Assembly (NCBI GenBank): GCA_964016885.1
Contig: OZ024746.1
Coordinates: forward strand, 6,324,001-6,388,000
DNA length: 64,000 nt
Source: Eledone cirrhosa
Lineage: Eukaryota
Reading direction: 5' to 3'
Numbering within the stretch: the first letter of the stretch is position 1; the number at the start of each line of letters is the position of its first letter. The translations under genes were made by a program, and so were the position numbers. Positions 56,808-64,000 of this stretch are shown piece after piece. The notes under the pieces are model-generated. The model was not told the origin of the DNA and ran no database searches. It saw only the letters and a list, made by a program, of their open reading frames with translations.

Positions 56808-56916
56808 GTATGTATGTATGTATGTATGTATGTATGTATGTATGTATGTATGTATGTATGTATGTATGTATGTATGTATGTATGTATGTATGTATGTATG
56901 TATGTATGTATGTATG
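56808..56916. repeat. (TATG)n microsatellite; representative of many (TA)n, (CA)n, (GA)n tracts in the window
   Basis: Direct. Confidence 0.95.
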
Positions 56917-59900
56917 TTCTTCTAGTTTTATAATTTCACAATTTTTTGCCAATAGAGAGAGAGTCGGTTTCTAACATAGACACAAGACTCTCATTGGAAT
57001 TTACACAACATCAACTAGATAGATATGTATGTATGTATGTCTGTATGCATGTGTGTGTAGATATGGATGTTATTGTATGTGTGGATGTGTATGCTTTGAG
57101 TTGTATTTGTGCATGTGTATATGCTTAGTATCTGTACATGTGTATATTCAGTTATTAGATGCAAAATGTTTGGAATGTTTTACATATTTTTACTGTTCCA
57201 TTAATGGATTGTACTTGTAATTTCCCAACTAGTTGTGTTCTTTCTGTTTCTCTGAAGCCCAACTTCTCAAGATTTGTATTGTGACAGTTACTAACATATC
57301 CCAGTGCCCCAATAATCAAGGGTATAAATCTGAAGGTGTAATCAGAGTGGAGTATCTGCAGATTTCTTATCAGTTCTGCATAAATATTCTCCTTTACACT
57401 AATCTTTGATATTATATTGGCATCTGCTGGACAGCTTACTTCCACTACTGTGCATGCCTTCTTTTCCCTGTCTCATATTATTACATCTGGTCTGTTATGC
57501 CTGCATTTTATTGGGGTTTTACTGGAACATTCCACCAGTACTCTTTAATATTATGTATATGTATGTCTTCCACATTGCTGTAGCTTTTAATGTGTTTATT
57601 ATCGGGGCTATCTTTTCTACGGATTGCATTGTACAGTGTTTTGGCCATATATCATGCCTCATAGGTAGATAGTACCGCGATGACATCTTTGGACAGCTCT
57701 TTTGATATGGGTAACATCTTCGATGTTAATTGTGCAGGGTGTGCACTTGTTATCATATCTAGGTGTTTTGCCTGCATCCGTATCTCTTTTGTGAATCAGA
57801 TATTTCGTCTTGATTTCCTGTTCTTGGGTTGCAAAAGCGTATCCTTCAAATTGGGAGCCAATATAGCGGTTGTTGGTCCAAGATAGACTATTTTCTTTAT
57901 CTATATTACTCTCACTCTGGAGCTTCCTGGCAACATATCAATGCATGATTTTTTGCTGATAAGCATGCAGTTTTTCATCCATGGATTCACTGCGATACTG
58001 CTGAGCAACCTCCCTGGGTGTGAGTTTTTGATTATCACACAGGGAATACCTTTCGAGGAGTTCCTTCCCAACTCTCATGAACTTATCTGTTTCATGCAGA
58101 TAGATTTGCTCGAGAGACGGGTTCCTACGCTCTGAGGTTCGTAGATGTTGTCGGAGGGATATGATGCGACATTCAAATGCTGTCTGGACTGATGTTAGGC
58201 CTCTGTCTCCCTGCTTACGTTTCAAGTAAAGGCGGTCTATGTCACTGTTGATGTGGAAGTTTCCGATGTTGTTTAGTATTTTTCGAGTTCTAACATCAAT
58301 CGCTCGGATTTCGTCTATCGTCCAATTGAGTATTCCAAAAGTTGATGTTAGGACAGGCACATCAAACACATTGTGAGCCACTGTTTTGTTTTACGCAGAG
58401 AGTTCCGATGACCATATCTTTCTTAATCGGGTGTAGTATTCCCTGGTTACGCGTTCCTTATTACATATACCGTTATAGGATATGTTCTCATCTATCCCCA
58501 GGTATTTGTAGCAGTCCTCATCAGATATCGGTGAAACAGTTAGGCCATTGATACAAATGTTGCTAGATTGGGTGGTTGTTTTCCCCCGCTTTACAGTCAT
58601 ATATGAGCATTTATCTTGGCCAAACTCCATTCCAATATCCTTTGAGAATGTTGTAACCAGGCCAGGATTTTTCTTCATCCCATCCATGTTCTTAGCATAG
58701 AGTTTCAGATCATCCACAAATAAATTATGGGTTATGTTCGTATTTCTGTCCTGCCTGTGAGCCAATGGTGTAACCTTCACATTTCTTTAACAGAAAGGTC
58801 AAGGGGTTTAATGACAGGATGAATAATATCACAGAGAGACTGTCTCCCTGAAATATACCCCTGCGATATTTTATTTTATCAGTGAAAATAGAGTCCTCCT
58901 TCTCTGTCTTTAACTTTAGGATAGTAGCCCAAGAAGAAGACAGCTTCTCTCTGGCTCTGATAATAATGTCTGTGACTTTAGAAGTCGGAGGGCCTCTATC
59001 ATCCAAGAGTGGGGAACAGAATCGAAAGCTTTCCTGTAGTCCAGCCAGACTGTAGCTATATTCCTCCTAAGTTGTCGCACCTCCCACATCGCAGTTTTGT
59101 TGATTAGGAGTTTTTCAGCACATCCCCAAACCCCTTTCTTTCCAGCTGCTTGTTCATCTGTGATGATATAATTATTTTCACAGTGATCTTGGAAGAATAT
59201 GTTCAGGCAGGCTGTATACATCTTATACATCGGGTTCTGGCATGCAATGGGTCGGTAGTTTTTTTCCAGGTGGGTGTCTTTGTTTTTGGGGACCAGTAAT
59301 GTGTGTGCTAATGTCAACCATTCTCCCTTAAGAACTTGTTGGTAGAGGTCAGTAAGATACCTCCGATAGAATATCAGTTTTTTTGTACCAGTAGCCGACA
59401 ATCATGTCTCTTCCTGGTGTTTTCTTATCTTGGAGTTTTCCTATCACAGTCTCAAGGGTACCCTCACTTATTTCGTATGTTTTTGTTGTAGTGTAGGAGC
59501 AATAGTTCTTTTTGATTTCTTTTAGCCACACTGCATCTTGGTTGAAATTCTTCTTTTCACCCCATATTTTTCTCCAAAAGGAATCTGTCTTTCTGGGATG
59601 GGGCCTCAGTGACACTTATTATTTTGCCCTTCATATCTCTATAGACTGATGTTTGGTTTCGTCTGAATCTTTTATTAAGCCCTTTTCTCTCATCTACCTT
59701 CTTCAGGTATCGGCGTTTTTCGCTAGCAGCTCTCAATTCTTGTTTGAGGGTGATCAGCTTATATTGGAGAGTTCTGGTTCTACTGTTACCAAACATCGTC
59801 TCTATTTTATTTTTCACTCTTTGTTGGTGAGGAGTGAGGTTTTTTGTGTTTGTTTGCATGTAAGGAGCATTGTCACATATCCTATGATTTTTCATAGGTC

Positions 59901-60500
59901 AGCAATCTTTTTTTCTATGTTAGTTATATATGATGGTATTTTTGGTGGTGTTTTGTTCTTGTTAATATCTCTGCTATCACCAAGATAATGCTTCACTGTC
60001 GTTGCTAAGGCATATAAACAGGCGTTGATTTGCCAGAATGTTGGGGTTTTTATTCGTCGTAAATATTCACCCCTTATTTCGTCAATAACACATAATAGTT
60101 CATTATTTGGTTTTTTATTAAATATTGTTTTTTTAAAACGTTCAGCCAGAGAAATTTTTATACATCAATTAATTTCTCTCTGGAAGATTTCGAGGGAAAT
60201 TTTCAATTGTTTATACTTTTGATTATTATCATTATCGATAGTATTTTCCACAATAATCGAGGTAGACTCGGATGGTACACGTGGTGTCAAATTTCTTCGA
60301 TTATTATTATTATCGATAGTGTTTTCCCCAGCATTCCAGGTAGACTTAGATGGTACACGTGGTGTCAAATTTCTTACAGGCATAGTTGTTTCAAGGCACT
60401 GTTCGACCTGGCTGCTAGGAAGTTTAGTAGCATGGTGACCTGTAGCCCGTGTTGTTGATTCCATGTTTGTTGTGGGGGACTTACAATTAATAATATTTAT
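56917..60500 (-). mobile_element. Near full-length decayed R4/Dong-like non-LTR retrotransposon
   Basis: NYRPIAC, WLDYRKAFDSVPHSW, GIFQGDSLS, LFVDDLKL, YKYLG, RLE EVSCP; many frameshifts; ~78-bp tandem duplication at 60225-60375. Confidence 0.9.
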
Positions 60501-62264
60501 CTTATTTTTACGTGGACCCCGAGTAACATGATTGGATAACATCCATGAGTTCGGCTGGTCTCTCTTGGGGATCCAACAAGATCGGTTGGAGACGGTTGCT
60601 TCTGACAAGACCCACTGGAAGGAATGTTTGAGGACTTTGCCCCCACAAATCTCGCAAGAATAAATGGAAAAAGATAGTATTAGTAATGGAAAGACACATG
60701 AAAACAGTTTCTTTGACACGGTCAGGAAAATCGGCTTCTCTTCTTTCTTTTCTATATGTGTACCAGTAATGTACTGGGTAATTGCTGGCCTTCTGCCTAA
60801 AGTAGAAACAATTATTAGCGAATAACACAGAGTATTTCTTTTGCATTTTAAGCTTGGTGGAGCTCACCCCACTCCAGGCCTGAGTACAGTAGATTTCTTC
60901 CACAAAGGAAGAGAAAGTGAAGAAGAGAAAGTGAGAAAGAGATATGGAGAAATAATTTACACCAGTAATTGACTGGAACTCTTTGATCGATCTGGAAAGG
61001 ATGAAAGACAAAGTTGACCTCAGTGGGATTTGAACACAGAGAGCAGAGAGTCGGAACAAATACCACAAAACATTCTGACTTTTTAACAAATCTGTCAATT
61101 CACTGCCTTAACAACGAAAGTTAAGACATGGTGAATATATTATTAATTTCTCTCCCGTCGTTGCCAATATAGGGTTCAGTTACAAAGTTTAGTGTTTGAA
61201 GTTTGCAATCATCTTTGCTTTATAGAACAGAGAGTCAGTTTGGTAACTGCGATTAAAAACACATTAATCTATATTTCTATAACAACTGCTGCTGTCTTTC
61301 CATATATTATTACATTTATTTTGATAACCTTTTCTTACTGTTGTGAAACATCTGAAAGTAAACTTAGTATTGTATTAGTTAAATACTTTTCGATATTTAT
61401 GGTTTACAGGAAATATCTATAAAACGATAAACACATTTTGATTTGATTTAATGTTTTGTAATAAAAACAATCTTGATAATATCTCGACATCCTTTCTAAT
61501 AGAAGGTTCTTGAAGTAATTATTTATTTTGTTATTGCATTACAAGTTTCAATCGTTAGGCTGCAACCATGCTGGAGCACCACCTTAAGGGAATTTTATTA
61601 CTCATATCGACTCCAGTAAATATGTTATCGATCTCGACGTTAATGTTACGAGTCATCAAAACACACTCACACACACTCACAAACACACGAACACGCACAA
61701 ACACACACACATATACGTACATATATACATGATGATTGCTTCATCTTGTCAGATGATAGCTTTCCAAACATCACCTGCATCACCTGTATATCTACACCTG
61801 TCAGAAGCACCTGCTTCCAACTGATCTGACTGGTTCTCCAAGCGAGACCAGCCAAGCACATGGATGTTATCCAACCGTCTTGCTCGGGGTCTCATACCGG
61901 TTGGTTTTGCCCATAAAATCTGTCCAGCGATTCTTTTCAGAGACATTCTAACCACATGCACATAATATTGAAACTAAACATGTAATCAGATTCAATAAAT
62001 AATTAATTGTTTGTAACGTGTATGTTGATTAAATGTTTGACGTTTATTTGACGTTTATTTAATTGGGAGGGAGGATATACCGTGAGTCATTTAAACATTT
62101 GCGGATTAATATAAATATAAATGAATTGAAATATACCTTTATATATTGGAATCTGTAGAGCGATTGAAAGATATCGTCCAAAGGAAATAACTAAGGGTTC
62201 CTTCTTGTTTAGTCTCTGACAGATTTGATTAAATAAAACTAGAGTAAACGGCGTTTCAACCGTG

Positions 62265-62301
<37 letters not shown>

Positions 62302-62314
62302 ATATATATATATA

Positions 62315-62480
62315 TAAAATGGAAAACGAAGAATCAGTGATGCATCGGAACACAGTTTATTACGTATTACAATTGTTTCTCCGGCGAACAGCTCGAAGTA
62401 CGATCTGTTTGTGGATCGAACCTGACTCTAGATTCTCAAGTTCCTCAGATACGACTAGTGATTTCGAAGCAAATTCTCTC
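62315..62480 (-). mobile_element. Family CAATTG-1 fragment with long-helix-II HHR
   Basis: cgtat-CTGAGGA...GAAA-CAATTG-TA-atacg at 62363-62453. Confidence 0.65.
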
Positions 62481-62498
62481 TCTATATATGTATATATT

Positions 62499-62554
<56 letters not shown>

Positions 62555-62729
62555 AATGAGAAACCTCGTCGCCAGAACCGCCGTTAAAACACCCAAATGC
62601 TTACAAATATTCAAACATGACGATGGGCAAAAATACTCCAGAGGCATTTTTATATTTATTCAAATACACTCTCGCTTCGTCTCGAGTACTTCACTTACTG
62701 TGGTTACCCCCGATTGAACCCGGGATAAA

Positions 62730-62793
<64 letters not shown>

Positions 62794-62798
<5 letters not shown>

Positions 62799-63050
62799 CA
62801 AAATATTAATAAATGAGAAATATTATCACAACCAAAGTATATATTTTATTATACATATTTCAAAGGTACAATGGTGTTTCAGTACGTTTTCATCAGATAA
62901 AATATATAAGAGATTGGTTATACGACATACCGCTAAGGTCTTGAATCTTCCATTCCTGTACCTTCCATTCCATTGTACCTTTGAAATATGTATAATAAAA
63001 TATATACTTTGGTTGTGATAATATTTCTCATTTATTAACATTTTGAATAA
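62794..63050. mobile_element. Fold-back element related to the Naiad-2 end family
   Basis: 81-bp arms 62794-62874 / 62970-63050 beside (TA)n. Confidence 0.85.
62838..62908 (-). ncRNA. Type I hammerhead ribozyme
   Basis: tatatattttat-CTGATGA-aaacGTAC..GTACcttt-GAAA-TATGTA-TA-ataaaatatata; 12-bp helix I. Confidence 0.8.
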
Positions 63051-64000
63051 CATTATAGATGATACTCCTAATAAATATCTGTCGAGTCCTTCTAATCTAT
63101 TGTAAAATTGCATTCGTTGAATAATCAACGAACCATATAAACTTTTGGTTATATATATATAACTACATTATACAATGTGCATTGTCTTTTTAAAGACGTT
63201 TAGTGTCATTGGAGAGGGACTTGTCTACTATTCTAAATATGGCAAGTAACTAAATAGAATCTTCTAGCCAGCAAAGTCAAATTGACGATCTCTTGGTTGT
63301 TGATAGACGTGACTTTGATTTAATTACTAATTAAAGATAATTGTCATCTTCCGCTATAAACGCCATTCAGCACTTTAAAATTATTGTTTTGTTTCCAATG
63401 AGGATAGGTTTGGCGACTGATTTATAAATATAGATAAACTTCTGTTGAATCGATACAGCAGCCAAGGTTTAATACGTGGTAGATGTGTCCCGTTTCGTTG
63501 TTAATTGAAAACTTATAATAATTAGAAATATTCAAAGATATTTGAACTCCCCACCTAGCTCGTAGAAAATAGAGAAACGAAATATATTAGAAGATAGTGT
63601 TAGCTATAAACCTCAATTCTCTGAGGTATAACATATTATTACAATACGGTTGTGTGTTGGATTCATAGACGTGAGCGATAAAGTGACGTACTCAATGACT
63701 ATCTCTATTTAGCTTCAGTTCTTCCGTTTTCATTGCGTATCCCGCCAAGATTGTCTTTACTGTTCTTCTCCGCAGGGCTGATAATAATGTAGCAATATTA
63801 CATCGAATTGATTCAATTGACTTACACATTTCCGTCTAGAAACTAATGTCGCAATTATTCTTGAAACAAATGTTTTAAAATCAAATACATATAATCATCA
63901 ACAGAAATTTGAAGTCACGTGGAGCTGTAGATTATCGATTTGTGCTTACAGTAATGAAGGTAGATTGCGTAATCGATAATAAATATTTGGGGTAGATTAC

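Noticed and set aside
63776-63959. Exon with strong acceptor (ttcttctccgcag) as partner of the 31-kb exon
   Set aside because: Phase-0 joining gives an immediate TGA and the donor is weak; a non-coding exon cannot be excluded

Overview
AT-rich, microsatellite-dense eukaryotic DNA, most likely an octopus/cephalopod genome (inferred from repeat content, not proven). It is almost entirely repeats, with no intact long gene: ~25 tRNA-derived SINE copies (several with 13-18 bp TSDs), three decayed R4/Dong-type RT+RLE LINEs, RTE-clade remnants including a 3x tandem non-autonomous element, Helitron-like ends, a hAT-type MITE and two ~1.8 kb minisatellites. One candidate host first exon (TATA-Inr, ATG, GTGAGT donor) lies near 31 kb. 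The main signal is a dense Penelope-like element (PLE) system at (TA)n tracts: two recognisable Naiad-type RT/GIY-YIG remnants, at least a dozen minimal hammerhead ribozyme (HHR) motifs in several families with different palindromic helix-III loops (some with long helix-II insertions), and short fold-back elements whose sequence matches the 3' ends of the Naiad remnants. All structures were read by eye; coordinates are approximate to a few bases.
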